Shown: positions 10,055 to 22,898, numbered from the whole stretch's first letter. The stretch: DNA of 61,076 nucleotides, filler included, from Malassezia furfur (GCA_052055015.1; 5 parts of 5 records of this genome joined end to end with filler, not necessarily neighbours in it); one strand, 5' to 3'. Translations and numbers: made by a program. The notes: a model not told the origin generated them from the letters alone.

Positions 10055-12252
10055 ATGTTGCCCATGGTGACGATGGCGCTGCCATCGACGCCGTTCGGAG
10101 ACACTCAGGCGATACGCCGACGCTTCTCAACTTTTGGCGGCGCGGCGTCGCCCGAGATGGGCACCGGTGCCCAGGACGAGGGATCGACTGCCTCCCCCCG
10201 CCGCCTTTCGATGCTCACACGCAACCTGAGCATGCGCGGCAGCCCCCGTGAGCGCGCCTCATCTATGACTGAGGTGAACGAGACAGGCACACTCACACCC
10301 CCTGCGACGCAGCGCGCGGCGACGCGCGCCGACATGTACGATGCACCGCGCGGTCCGTCGTCGTCGCCTGTGCGCGCCTCGTCGCGACACGACGTGTTGC
10401 GGCCCGTTGCTGGCGCATACCCTGGCGCGAGTGCGCCGGTACGTGACGCAGCGCCCGCTGCGCGCCCAGCACCGCGCCGCGCGACGTCGCCATTGTCGCT
10501 CCGCTCGCTGTCGCGCGTGTCGTCGATGGTCTTTTCGTCGGACCGCCGGCGTGACGCAGATGTGGGCCTGTCTGTTCCGTCGTCCGACAGTTTTGGCGCA
10601 TCAAGCGAGCGCGTGCCGTCGCGCGCGTTGTCTGGCAGCGACGCAGCACCTGCGCCTTCGATGCGGCGTCGCCCAAGCTTTTTGCGCCGCGGCTCGGCGC
10701 AGGCGACCGATGCACCGTCACGCATGGGCGGCGTGCGCAGCTACAGCAGCGCGAGTGCTGCTGCACACGTGGAGCGTGCGGCCTCGCCTGGTCTGCACGT
10801 ATTCCCCGGCCCGGGGTCGCCGCGCTCGAGCGGCAGGACGACACCTGTGCCGCTGTTTATGCTGGGCGACGAGGTGCCGCGCTCCAGCTCGCCGCTCGGG
10901 ATCAGCGAAGTGGTGCAAGCGCCGCGCATGCAGTCGTCCGCAGAGCGCGTCGTGGTGCGCGTTGCGCCGTCGACGACCCACATCAACATGTTTGGCCCGC
11001 TTCAGGTCGCGTCGCACTACTCGCTCTCGGGCCGCGTCACGCTCGAGCTGCCCGTATGCATCGAGATGCTGGAGCTATGCACGCTCGACGTGCACCTGCT
11101 GGGCTACTCGATGTACGTCGACAGCTCTGCGCGCTTCTCATCCGTGCGCATCTGCGACGTGAAGCAGGAGCTGGTGCACAGCGTGACGCCGTTCCCCCCC
11201 GCTGGGCCGCACGCGCGGTTCGAGGTGGAGTTTGATCTGTTTGTGCCCGGGTGGCTGCCTGCGTCGTTTGTGTCGCGCTCGGCGAGCACCTTTTACAGTC
11301 TGGAGGCCGTGGCAACGATCGCCGCACAGGCGCCGTCGGCGATGCGCACTGTCCACGAGGTGCGCAGTGCGCCCATGCTTGTGCGCATAAGCCGCAGCCG
11401 CGACATGGTGCCGATCCCCGTCGCGCAGCTCGCCGTGTTCACGGGCGAGGACGTGCCGGAACCCAAGGCAGAGACGTCGCACCACCACATGAATCCGTTC
11501 CTACGGAGCACGAACCCGTTCCGGAGCGTGTCGAGCCGCAACCCCTTCTTGCACCACGTCGCGTCGCACATCCGGCACGCGAGTGGCGGCGCCAAGGACC
11601 ATGCTGCGGCAGCACATCGCGAGACCCACCGGCGCATGACGAGTCGTGTGCCGCTGCGCCACTTTTCGCACGTGCCCAAGATCCCTCTGCCGGTGCCGGT
11701 GGTGATCGAGGGCAAGGTGTACGAGTATCTGCCGCTCAAGCTCACGCTGTCCGTCCCCGCGCATACAAGCACGCACTCGGACAGCGACAAGGAGCAGGCC
11801 CCGCTCGTGTTTGGCCTGCAGGTGGAGCTCGATCCGCTGTGGGCGCAGTGCAAAATGTGGAGCGATCTGCGCCTGTGCGAGCTGGAGGCCATGTGCGTCC
11901 AGATGGAAAAGTACAGCTCGTCGCTCTCGCGCAGCTACTGCACAGCGTTCTCGCTGCCGCTCCAAGGCGACGTGAACGCCACGCAGCTCCCTGTATTTGA
12001 TCCGGCATCGTGTGCGCCGCATGCGCCGCCTGCAGGCACGGCGGGTGCCGCGGCCTATCCGTACAACCGCGCGCTCCTCGAGGGCCGCATTCGCCAGCAG
12101 CGCGCGGGCACGGCGCCGACCGACCGGCGCAACCACGCGGAGCGCTATCGCTCGTACACCGTCGGCCCCTTGCCGCAAACCGATGCCAAGGGCAAAAAGA
12201 AGCAGCGCGATGCCGCGCCGCCGCCACCGCCGCCCGCGCCGCCGGCGCCGGC
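10055..12252 (+). CDS. Arrestin-N-like fold protein with disordered Ser/Arg-rich N-terminus (3' truncated by gap)
   Basis: YSLSGRVTLEL...FEVEFDLFVPGWLPASF...FYSLEAVATI is an arrestin-like pattern. The start codon is uncertain. Confidence 0.5.
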
Positions 12253-12352
12253 NNNNNNNNNNNNNNNNNNNNNNNNNNNNNNNNNNNNNNNNNNNNTTAA
12301 TTAATTAANNNNNNNNNNNNNNNNNNNNNNNNNNNNNNNNNNNNNNNNNNNN
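12253..12352. other. Artificial contig linker (N44-TTAATTAATTAA-N44)
   Basis: 100-nt spacer with stops in all six frames, identical to the other three linkers. Confidence 0.97.
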
Positions 12353-13318
12353 AGGAGGGGGCACGTTGGGTCCCGGCGGGGGCGGAAGTGGACCGTCGCG
12401 CGGCGGAGCCGGCGGCAGTGCGCGGTTGGCTTCCGTAAGGGCGGCCACATCAAACTGGCCAGACGACGCAACGATAGTGCTTGTTAGCACCAAACCGGGC
12501 CAGGGAGTAAAGGTCGTTGTAACGGCGCCGGTCTGCGCCAATGCGTCAGACGTAGTCGCCTCGGTAGTGTTTTCGGAAGGAAGGGCCACGACGCTTGCTG
12601 TGGACGGATTGTCGGGCGCGAGCGAAATGGACTCATTGTCACTCAGCTTTGCAGAAGATGGCTTGCTGGACAAGCTCATCGACGCCATGGCGGAGTCAGT
12701 GTCGTCGGCGACCGATCCGGTGCGACTGCGAGCAAACTGTTCGCGCTCGCGCTCGAGCTCGTTCTTGAATGCCTTCTTCTCCTCGCGTTCGGTGCGGCGC
12801 ACTTCAGCCTCCTGGTCGCGCTTCTTGTTCCACTTATCCCAGTTCTGTCCGACGTTCTGCATCCCGGACATGAGGCCTGTCGAAGCGATCTTGGCCGAGG
12901 ACGTAGTGAAGTTTTGCACAGCACGTTGGCGCGCCGGATCGGTAATAGCTTTGGCGATGCGTTCCTGCGACATGGACACGATTTGCACAATCGAAGCGCG
13001 TTGGGAGCTGCTGAGCAGGGGCCCGGCCGCGACCGACAGAGCCGCATCTACAAGGCTCGGCAGCACGTCCGAGTTGGCCAGCACCTCGCGCGTCCACTTG
13101 TTTTTCGCCGAGAGTTTCTCCTTCTCGGTAGTTGCGACCACCCGTTCTGCACGGGCGGGCGGCTCCGGAGCGCGGATCGTAGCCGTGCTCAGAAGTGCCT
13201 CTAGCTGACGGACCAAGATGGAGTCGAGCGCGCCCGAGGCGGCGAGCTGCTCGACATTTTGGCGCGTTTGGCGCAGCAAAAATTCCTCGTGGGACAGCGG
13301 CGCGGAGTTTGGCGGCAT
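12353..13318 (-). CDS. Hypothetical protein with coiled-coil and Pro-rich segments (3' truncated); N-terminus resembles Pin3/Lsb1-type SH3 proteins
   Basis: Open frame from MPPNS to the gap. HEEFLLRQTRQNVEQLAASG is only weakly similar to the Lsb1/Pin3 N-terminal helix, and no SH3 domain is visible. Confidence 0.5.
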
Positions 13319-13507
13319 CGCAGCGGCAACCAAACCTGACAGGTGCACGGATCGTGTTCCTCAACTCGGCCGAGAAGCGGCTTGCACCGGGCCTGGTGTT
13401 GATCACGAATTGTCCGCGGAGCTTGGTCTCCGCGCACCGAGTCGACAAATTTTGCCTCCGCCCGCGTTGTCTGCTGGGCAATATACTCGCGCACACAGAC
13501 CCTGGCC

Positions 13508-16500
13508 ATGGATGATGCGCCAGCGCCGACAGGCGTGCAGCGCGCCAAGGGGATGCTGTCCCGTGCGTGGGGCACGGTGAAAAAGCTGGAGCTTGATCCG
13601 GAGAAGGCGTTCCGTGCGAAGCGTCCGCCGCCTGCGTCGCGCACCGTGACGGTCAACATACCGCTACCTGCCGAGGCGTATGACGCGAAAGGGCGCGTGC
13701 GCAAGGACTGGGTGTATGTGTCGAACCAGGTCACGTCGTCCAAGTACACCCTGTACAACTTTGTGTTTAAGAACTTGCTCGAGCAGTTCCGCCGTGTGGC
13801 CAACATCTTCTTCTTGGGTAGGTCGGCATATACTCACATCAGTACTCGTTATTCTACAGTTCTTTCCCGAGTTTACGACGATTAGTCCCGGTGTTGCCAT
13901 GCTCCCACTGTTGATTGTGTTGGCGATTACCATGGTGAAGGACGGGTACGAAGATATCAAGCGGCACCAGTCTGACCGCGCCGTCAATCGGCAGCGCACC
14001 GCTGTGCTGTCTGGCGGTGACTTCAAAAACTACAATCACACGCAGCCCAAGTCGGTGGGTCTGAGCGTGCTGCTGTCCACGTTTACCAACTTTTTCTCGC
14101 TGCGTCGCTGGGGTTTGCTCAAGAAGCCCGAGGCGGTGTCTGCTGCGGACGACCCGCACACGCCCCACCACGGCGCACCCGATGCGCCACAGATGGCGTC
14201 CCCTGTGGCGATGTCGCCGACGCCGATGTCGCCGACGCCGATGTCCCCTGTGCACGACGAGAGCCACAGCGTGCACTTTGCCACGCCGATGCCCGACGTC
14301 GGCGAGGAGGCGGACCCGCACCAGGTGCGTCCGCGCCCCAGTCTGCACCATGAGCGTCCCACGTCGATGGACATCCCGAATCGGCGCAATAGTGTGCTGA
14401 GCGAACTGTCGCACCACCACGGCCCGGTCCGTTGGCGCACGCGCCACTGGGAGGACTTGAATGTGGGCGACATTGTGAAGCTGCGCAACAACGACGAGGT
14501 GCCGGCGGACATCGTGGTGTGCTCCACGAGTGAGGACGACGGCGGCTGTTACGTCGAGACGCGCAACCTCGACGGTGAGATCAACCTCAAGTCGCGGTAT
14601 GCGGTGCCGGAGCTGCGGGAGATGACCACGCCGGATGCGTGTGCGACGGTGCCGTTTGAGATCGAGGTCGAGCCGCAAAACACCGACATGTACCGCTTCA
14701 ACGCGCGTGTCGAGCTGCACGACGAGCTGAACGACGAGGGCAAGTACCTCGAGTGCCCGGTGACGCTCAGCCAAGTGCTGCTGCGTGGGTGTACGGTGCG
14801 CAACACCGACTGGGTGATTGGTGTGGTGGCCATGACCGGCATGGATACCAAGATTGTGCTCAACTCGGGTGACACGCCGAGCAAGCGCAGCAAGATGGAG
14901 TACATTATGAACGAGATGGTATACATCAACCTGGCGATCATTGCGGTGATTGCGATTGTGTGCGCCATCGCCGACTCCCAGCTCGAGAAGCACTACTTTA
15001 ATCTCGGGGCGTACTGGGAGTTTGGCGCGGTGCATGGCGACGACAACCCCCGGATCAATGGGCTGATCTCGTTTGCCAACTCGCTCATTACCTTCCAGAA
15101 CTTTGTGCCGATCGCGCTGTACATCTCGTTCGAGGTGGTGCGTACGATCCAAGCCATCTTCATCTTCGAGGACCACGACATGTACTACGAGAAGGCATCG
15201 CGGCGCACCACGGCCAAGTCTTGGAACCTGAGTGACGAGCTCGGCCAGATCCAGTACATTCTGAGCGACAAGACGGGCACGCTCACGCAGAACCTCATGA
15301 TCTTCCGTGAGTGTTCCATCGGGGGCACCATCTATCAGGGCGACACGCCCGAGAAGCAGGTCGACCCTGAGGACGCGGCGCCCACGTCGGGGAACCGTCT
15401 GCGCGTGCGCCAGACGATCGCCGACGTGCCGCCATTCCGCAGCACGGCGCTGACCCAGGCGCTGAGGGACACCAAGAGCAGCGCACACGCCGCCGCCGAC
15501 GAGTTCTTCCACTGCCTGTCGCTGTGCCACACGGTGCACATCGCCAAGACCGACGAGAAGAACGTGATCATCTACAAGGCCGAGTCGCCCGACGAGCAGG
15601 CGCTTGTGCAGACGGCGGCGGACAACGGCTATGTGTTCTGTGGCCGGCACATCAACACCGTCGAGCTCCAAGTCCCGTCCAAGGACACGCGCGAGCGCTA
15701 CGAGGTGCTGCACACACTCGAGTTCTCCTCGGCACGCAAGCGCATGAGTGTCATTTTGCGCCGCGCATCGGACCAGCAGCTCATCATGTACACCAAGGGC
15801 GCTGACTCGATGATCTACTCGCGCCTCGCCCCCGGCCAGGACGAGATGAAGAAGCGCGTCGACGCGGACCTCGAGGAGTTTGCCAACAAGGGTCTGCGGA
15901 CGCTCTGTCTCGGCACGCGCACGATCGACCTGGGCTACTACCGCACGTGGGCACAGCGCTACCAGGAGGCGAGCGTCGCAACGCAGCAGCGTGAGGAGCA
16001 CATGGAGGCGCTCGCGAGCGAGATCGAGCGCGATCTGTACCTCATGGGTGCGACTGCGATCGAGGACCGCCTGCAGGACGGCGTACCCGAGACCATCGCC
16101 GACCTGAAGCGTGCGGGCATCAACATCTGGGTGGCCACCGGCGACAAGCTCGAGACGGCCATCGCGATCGGGTACAGCACCAAGCTGCTCGCGCAGGACA
16201 TGAACCTGGTGATTGTGCGCGGCGGCGAGTACGGCTCGTCGAACTCGGCGTACAGCCAGCTGGAGCGCGCCGTCGAGCGCTTCTTTGGCGGGCCCGAGGC
16301 GCTCGCCGACACCAAGTACAAGCCGCCGCCGCGCCCAGACCTGCACCGCTCGACGTCGCGCACCTCGCACGTGTCGAACGTGAGCCAGCTGTCGCTCGTT
16401 GGCGAGCAGAACGGCGAGCGGCCCGGCGGGTACGCGCTGGTGATCGACGGCCACGCGCTTGGCTTCGTGCTCGACGAGCCGTACAGCCGCGAGCTGCTGC

Positions 16501-18158
16501 TCCGCGTCGCGGTGCACTGCCGTGCGGTCGTGTGCTGCCGTGTGAGCCCGCTGCAAAAGGCGCTCATCGTGCGCCTCGTGCGCGACGGCCTGAAGGGCAT
16601 CACGCTCGCGATCGGTGACGGCGCCAACGACGTGTCGATGATCCAGGCGGCGCACGTCGGTGTCGGTGTCGCAGGCGAGGAGGGTCTGCAGGCGGTCAAC
16701 TCGTCCGACTACGCGATCGGCCAGTTCCGCTTCCTGAAGCGTCTCGTGCTCGTGCACGGGCACTGGTCGTACTACCGGAACAGCAAGATGATCAACCTCT
16801 TCTTCTACAAGCAGGTGATCCACGTCGGCACGCTGTTCTGGTTCCAGATCTACTGTGCATGGAGCACGACGCAGGGCATGGACTATGTGTACCTGCTGCT
16901 CTACACGGCGATCTGGACCGTGGCGCCCGTCGTGGGCATCGGGCTGTTTGACCGCAACGTGTCGGACCGTGTGTTGATGGAGGTGCCGGAGCTCTATGCG
17001 CCGTCACGCGAAGGAAAGTACTTTGGCCTGATCCGCTTTTTGCTGTACATGTTGGATGGGTTGTATCAGTCCGTGATACTTTTCTTCTTCTTCTTCTACA
17101 TCTACGACACCACCTCCCCGCGCAACGACGGTCTGAGCATCGACCTCTACGAGCCGTCCACCGGCATGGTCATGGCCACCGTACTCGCCGCCAACCTCTA
17201 CTGCGGGCTCGACACGCTCGCATGGACGTGGTGGATCGTGTTTGCGGTGTTCATCGGCCCCCTGCTCCTGTTCATCTTTGCGCCGATCTACGCCGCATTC
17301 ACGCCCAACGTGTTCTGGACCTACTCGTACGGCAACAATCACCTGCTCTACAACTCGCTGCAGTTCTGGTTCGCAGGCATCCTCACCGTCTTTCTGTGCC
17401 TGCTGCCGCGCCTGCTGTACGAGTACATGCGCGTCATGGTCGCACCCACCGACATCGACCTCGTGCGCATCATCGACTCGCGCGACCCGAACCACGACTA
17501 CGTGCACGACCCGCGCATGCCTGGCCTGCGCGCCGCGCAGGCGTACGAGCCCGAGGTCGAGATGGACGCGGACGCAACGATGCGCTCGGCCCAGGGCGAC
17601 AGCTACCCCCTAATGCCCACGCAGAGCCGCTCGAGCAGCCGCCAGTACGACATGAGCACCGGCGAAGAGTCGCTCTACCGCGGCTACTCGTACGCGGCCT
17701 CCGACACGCCCTCGGAGAAGCCACGTGGCACGCTGCGCAAGATCGGGCGCCGCCTGCAGCCGAAGCACTGGCGCCGCAAGCGCCGCGCTCCCGAGGGGCT
17801 CGACCAGCCCTACACGCGCGCGCGCGACACACAGGTGAGCCCGTCGCTGCACCGCGGCGCAAGCACGTCGCAGTCGGAGCCGTTTCACGGGAAACGCGGC
17901 TCGCTCATGGACGACACGGTGATGCACGACCACTCGCTCGCCGAGGAGCCCGTGAGCATCGCGCCGGTGCCTCCACCGCAGTTCACGCACGACGAGGTGC
18001 CACCGAGCGTCTCGGACACGTTCTTCTCTGTAATCGAGCCGGACACCTCGGTAACAAGCCGCACCGCGCCAGACATCTCGGCGACGAGCCGCACCGCGCA
18101 GGACCCCTTTGACACCCCCGGGATGCCTTCTGTCTACGAAACCCCGCGATTTATGTAG
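13508..18158 (+). CDS. DNF1: P4-type ATPase phospholipid flippase (Dnf1/Dnf2-like); intron 13818-13842
   Basis: SKYT...KNLLEQFRRVANIFF, DGEINLK, DKTGTLT, GATAIEDRLQ and GDGANDVSMIQ motifs. A 25-nt intron joins the two ORFs. Confidence 0.92.
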
Positions 18159-19614
18159 CAACATCATCTCGCTTTCCTCCCCGCAGCGCGCGCCACCGGC
18201 TCCACAGGGCATCGCCCTCCACGTACGTGCCCTTGAGCCAGCGGCCCACCTCGCCGGACGGCTCCGTGGCGTTCCACTCAAAGCCGCGCCGCGCGTGCAG
18301 CACCCGCCGGTTGTCAAACACGACACACTCGCCCTCCTCGAGCGCGTGCGTGTACATCAGCTCGGGCGAGAGCGTGCGCGCGGCAAACGCATTCAGTGCG
18401 CGATAGAACGCCTCGCGCTCCTTGCGCGTGCGCAGGCCAGGCGCGTGGAGCGGCAGCGGCGCCTGGAACGGCGGCGAGTAGTTCACCGCGACGATGCGCG
18501 GCATGCCCGACGCACCGTGCGATGGGCCCGCAAACGCCTCGGCGTCGTGCGCAAGCTCAATGGTGGGGTGTGTGTAGTAGTAGTGCTCGCCCGCATTCTC
18601 GTAGTGGAACGCGACGGGCGTCGACGCCAAGATGTCGAACGCCTCACGGTCCTCGACCCAGAGCTGCTCGGCCACGCGGAAACTGTCCACAAACATGCTC
18701 TCGCCGCCCTGGACACGCTTGCGTAGCATGTGCAGCAGCTGGAACCGCGGGGGGTTCTGGAAGTAGCACAGATCCATATGCAGGCCCAGGTCAACGTTGG
18801 TGTACGCAATGTTGCGCGACGAAGCGATCGACTGCACATCCCACAGCGTCCCGTAGAACGTGTGCCGCAGTTCACCGATCCGCTCCGCCAGCGCAGCGAC
18901 CATCGCACGCGACGGACCCGGCTCGCTACTGGTCGGGTGCGTCGGCAGATCGTGCACAAACGTAAAGCCGTCGCGCAGCAGCGCCGTCAGCATGCGCAGC
19001 AGGCTCTCGTTGCTCGTCTCGACCTCGTCCCAGGCGACCGACTCGGGGCGCCCGTGCTCGCGCAGCATCGCCGCGTCCCAGTACTGGCCGAGCGTCAGCA
19101 GGTCGCCATGGTGCGCGCGGTACTGTGCGGGGTGAATCTGCCGCACCAGGAACGACAAGGGGAAACGAGACTCGTGCGCAGCCGCCTCAGGAACCGACGC
19201 AGGCGACACGAGCCGCGTGAATGCATTCTCCACGGCATGCTCGCGCGCAAAGCGTACCACCAGCTCCGGCTCGGTGGTGTGCACAAGCTCGACCGGGCGC
19301 GGGACCTTGTCGAGCAGCTGCGACGCATCTTCGAGCAGGGGTATATCGCTCGTGTGAAACAGTTTTTGTTGCGATGACGCCTGCACACTCGTCGGCGCGC
19401 GGCACGCGTCGCGCAGCCAGACGTAGTCGAGCTCGTACGGCTCTGACAGGCCGTACGACGGCGCACGCATCTGCACGCCGTGCTGCCCGACATCGACCGT
19501 AACATCAGAATCCTCGTCACGCAGGGTGTACGCGTGGAACAGGCGCAGGCGCGGCGCACAGCATGGGGCACCGGCCCGCGGAAGCCGGCGTGCCTGGACG
19601 CGGAGCCACGACAT
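18151..19614 (-). CDS. TauD/TfdA-family Fe(II)/2-oxoglutarate dioxygenase (gamma-butyrobetaine dioxygenase/Aim17-like), probably mitochondrial
   Basis: WLRDAC, NIAYT..LGLHMDL.YF..PP..QLLH and FDNRRVLHAR motifs. Presequence MSWLRVQARRL. Confidence 0.85.
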   Translation of the reverse strand: MSWLRVQARRLPRAGAPCCAPRLRLFHAYTLRDEDSDVTVDVGQHGVQMRAPSYGLSEPYELDYVWLRDACRAPTSVQASSQQKLFHTSDIPLLEDASQLLDKVPRPVELVHTTEPELVVRFAREHAVENAFTRLVSPASVPEAAAHESRFPLSFLVRQIHPAQYRAHHGDLLTLGQYWDAAMLREHGRPESVAWDEVETSNESLLRMLTALLRDGFTFVHDLPTHPTSSEPGPSRAMVAALAERIGELRHTFYGTLWDVQSIASSRNIAYTNVDLGLHMDLCYFQNPPRFQLLHMLRKRVQGGESMFVDSFRVAEQLWVEDREAFDILASTPVAFHYENAGEHYYYTHPTIELAHDAEAFAGPSHGASGMPRIVAVNYSPPFQAPLPLHAPGLRTRKEREAFYRALNAFAARTLSPELMYTHALEEGECVVFDNRRVLHARRGFEWNATEPSGEVGRWLKGTYVEGDALWSRWRALRGGKRDDVAT

Positions 19615-19655
19615 GGAGTGAAGATGCCACGTGGAACGCACAGACACCGCTCGCC

Positions 19656-20390
19656 ATGCTCGGGTTCTTGGCGTGGCTGCGGGGGGCGAGGGTGGACGAC
19701 GCCCCTCCCCCGCGCTTTGCGCCCGTGCCCAACGACACCAACGATGCGCCCCCGCCCGTGCCCAACGATGCGCCGCCGGATGACCAGGCTCCCGACACCC
19801 CCACACACGTGTGGGACCGCGACCCCCACGCGGCGCTGCAAGTGCTCCGCTTTCGCGAGTTGCAGCGCGTGCTCTCGGAAAAGGGCATGCCGCCCGAACT
19901 CGTGCGGCACATTCTGCTGCTAGCCGACGAGGCACGCATGCTGAGCGTCACGCGCGCCGAAACCATGGTGTACACGGACGACGCCAACGAGTGCTATCTA
20001 CGTACCCCACCAATTCCGTCCAAGCTGCGGCACCACTTCATCCGGCGCATCGTGGTCGACATCGACAGCCATGACCAGGGATGGAGTGGCGAGCGCAACC
20101 GCAGCTGGCTCGGGACCTACCAAGGCAGCTATACATGGTGGGAGCTCTCGCTCGACCGCCGCAACGAGCAAGGCGAGTGGGAGGAGGTGCACCGCACGCA
20201 CCTCACGCACAACATCCACGCCTCGCGCGAGTTTCGCCGGCACACGCTCGAGTTCCGCGCAGACGACCCGATCGCTTTTGACGCACAGCCAGGCGACCGG
20301 CTCAGCGTGTGGGCGCGCACGCAGTTTGCCGCGTGGGTCAACATTGTGCGTTATGCACGAATCAGCGTATGGCTGGACTGGGACGCGTAG
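19656..20390 (+). CDS. Conserved fungal hypothetical protein (SHDQGW motif)
   Basis: SHDQGWS...GTY.GSYTWWE...PGDRL.VWAR..FAAWVN pattern seen in uncharacterised fungal proteins. Confidence 0.65.
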   Translation: MLGFLAWLRGARVDDAPPPRFAPVPNDTNDAPPPVPNDAPPDDQAPDTPTHVWDRDPHAALQVLRFRELQRVLSEKGMPPELVRHILLLADEARMLSVTRAETMVYTDDANECYLRTPPIPSKLRHHFIRRIVVDIDSHDQGWSGERNRSWLGTYQGSYTWWELSLDRRNEQGEWEEVHRTHLTHNIHASREFRRHTLEFRADDPIAFDAQPGDRLSVWARTQFAAWVNIVRYARISVWLDWDA

Positions 20391-21319
20391 ACGTGCCACG
20401 CAGCAGGAGCGGCACAAATGCTGCGTAAGGATGGCACATACCTCCGACCGCTGGCGCACCGGGCGCATGGTGCGCAATCTCAAAGATGCGCTGCATCACA
20501 CCCCCATGACAGGTCACACTTAGGACTGGATGAGTGCACGGGCCTACCTTTGGCGTCGCGTCCGACGCCCTCCCAAATCGACTCGAGCACGCGGTGCACA
20601 CGCGCACGCATCGCGTCGTCGGACTCGCGCGCGGGCTGCGTTAGGCTTTGACGCACGGTCCACATCTCGTCCGCCTCCACGAAGCGGTCCGCAAAGACGA
20701 CGCGCATCGGCGCCGCCTGCGCGATCTGCGACCGCGTCCGGCGCTGGTCGCATGTATTCTTCCCACACACCTCCCGCAGGTCTTCGTAGATGTACAACGT
20801 GGACGGCGCAGCGTCGATTGCGTCCCAAGTGATCGCGGCCGTGTCCAAGCTACGCCGCAGCGGACTGGAACACAGCACTGTCGGCACCGGCGGGGGGTCC
20901 GGGCCCGCGAGCGCTGCGCGCCATGCCTCGCGCACGGCTTCCGCCTGTGCGTATCCCAGCGGCGTCAGGGCAGGGTCCGGGCCCCAGGTCAAGGTATCGT
21001 CGCCAAAGCGCTTGGCGTGGTGCGACTCCCAAGCGGCGCTTCCATACTGCATTAGCGTGGCACATGCCTTTTCGTCCGCAAGGTCTGTGTGAGTGTGCGA
21101 CGTACTGTGGTACCCTTGGCCGTGCCGCGCGAGGTACACGAGCTTGCACGAGACATGCTCGTTACTCGACGCGTCGATCGCGCGCTCAATTTCCGACCAC
21201 GACGATGCCTGGAGGCCGAAGCGCGGAAGCAGCGCCGGCCATGGACCCGGCTGGTCGTACGCAAAATACGGCAGGGTCTAGGTTAGCGTGCGACGCACGT
21301 CAAACGTGATCGATGGCAT
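20362..21319 (-). CDS. PMU1: Histidine phosphatase / phosphoglycerate mutase-like protein (Pmu1-like); 6 micro-introns
   Basis: After splicing it reads RHGQGYHNLADEKYG..AW, DPALTPLG..QA, SSPLRR, LRE..G..TCDQR, RES and VTCHGG. Introns: 21278-21298, 21085-21105, 21047-21067, 20636-20656, 20526-20547, 20421-20441. Confidence 0.8.
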
Positions 21320-21398
21320 GACGACCTCGATGCCTGGCCACGTTTCCCCGCACGCGGTGCACTGCGGAGGTGGAGTCCTACTGCCAAGCTACAAACAT

Positions 21399-22763
21399 TT
21401 AGAAGCCCTTCTCCTTGGCCGTCAGGTTGAAGATGGTGTTGAGCTGGATGTTGCTGGTACCCTCGTAGATGGCACCAATCTTGCTGTCGCGCCAGTACTT
21501 CTCGATACCCTGCTCACGCGTAAAGCCCTGGCCGCCGGCCCACTCGATCGCCGAGCCGGCCGCACGCTGGGCAACCTGCGACGAGAAGAGCTTGGCCATG
21601 GCCGCCTCCTTGGTGAAGGAGCGACCCTCCTCCTTGCGGCGCGCGGCGTTGTACACCATGTTGCGCGCAGCCTCGATCTCGGTCGCGATCTGCGCCATCT
21701 GGAACTGCATGCCCTGGAACTTGGCGAGCGGCTTGCCGAACTGCTCGCGCTCGAACGTGTATTGCATGCCGCGGTCGAACGCGCCCTGGGCGAGACCGAC
21801 CATCTGCGCGCCGATGCCCACGCGGCCCTCGTTGAGGATCTCGATGGCGATCTTGTAGCCCTTGCCCTCCTCGCCGATGAGGTTCTCGACCGGCACCTTG
21901 ACCTCGTCGAAGTTGACAGTGCAAGTGCTGCTGGCACGGATACCGAGCTTGCGCTCCTTCTTGGCGATCTCGACACCCATGTCCTTGGTCACGGCAAAGG
22001 CCGAGATACCCTTGTAGCCCTTGGAGGCGTCACCCTGCGCGAAAACGATGAAGAACTCGGCCTCGGCACTGTTGGTGATCCACATCTTGGAGCCGTTGAT
22101 GATGTAGTGCTTGCCGTCGTCCGACTTTTTCACCGAGGTCTTCATGGCGAAGGCGTCCGAGCCCGAGGCGGGCTCCGACAGGCAGAAGCTACCGAGCATG
22201 CCCGACGAGAGCTGGGGCATGTACTTTTGCCTGAGCTCGTCGTTGGCGTACTTGCGCAGCACCGTGTTGACAAGCGTCTGGGGTCAGTGGTGTCCAATAC
22301 GTACGTTGTGCACATCACACAGAACCGACACGGAAGGGTCGATCTTGGCGAGCTCCTCAATCACAATGATCGCCGACATGAAGCTGCAGCCCGCACCACC
22401 GAGGTCAGGGTCGGTCTCGATGGCCATGAGACCCTGCTCGAAGAGGCCCTTGATGATCGCGGGGTCCATCTTCTCGGCCTCGTCCATTGCCTCGACACGC
22501 GGCTTCACCTCGTTCTCCGCAAAGCGACGCACCGTCTCACGGAGCATCTCCTCCTCCTCGGTGAACTTCGCGAGCGAGTTCACGCCAAAGGGGCTCTCGT
22601 ACTCGTCGGCGCGGTTCGCCGACGACGAGAAGGTGCGCGTGGCGGCACGCGCAGCACCGGCCTGCGGCACACGCAGCGCCGTGTGCACGGCAGGGACGGA
22701 GCGCGACGTGCGCAGCGCAGCGCGCACGGCGGGCGAGTGACGAAGAACGGAACGCATCGACAT
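21399..22763 (-). CDS. Mitochondrial short/branched-chain acyl-CoA dehydrogenase (ACADSB-like); intron 22278-22304
   Basis: DVHNTLVN, FCLSEPASGSDA, NGSKMWITN, KLGIRASST and IGAIYEGTSNIQ motifs. Confidence 0.92.
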
Positions 22764-22898
22764 GGTGGACGAGAGAATTTGGACAGCGCACCTTCGCGCT
22801 TGAGACCGGGGGCGCTGCCCCACATTACACTCCACTCCGATTGGTTGCATTGACCAGCCGGAATTGCCGGCGGCGGGATACAGCCTATGACAGTACAG

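Noticed and set aside
12297..12308. TTAATTAATTAA as a transposon target site or regulatory motif
   Set aside because: It is always centred in N-runs and is a synthetic six-frame-stop linker.
13854..16823. Very long antisense ORFs (also 1055-2503, 21288-22853, 31627-32889, 41203-42591, 52744-55377, 58949-60610)
   Set aside because: They are mirror images of genuine genes, caused by extreme GC3 codon bias, and carry no recognisable motifs.
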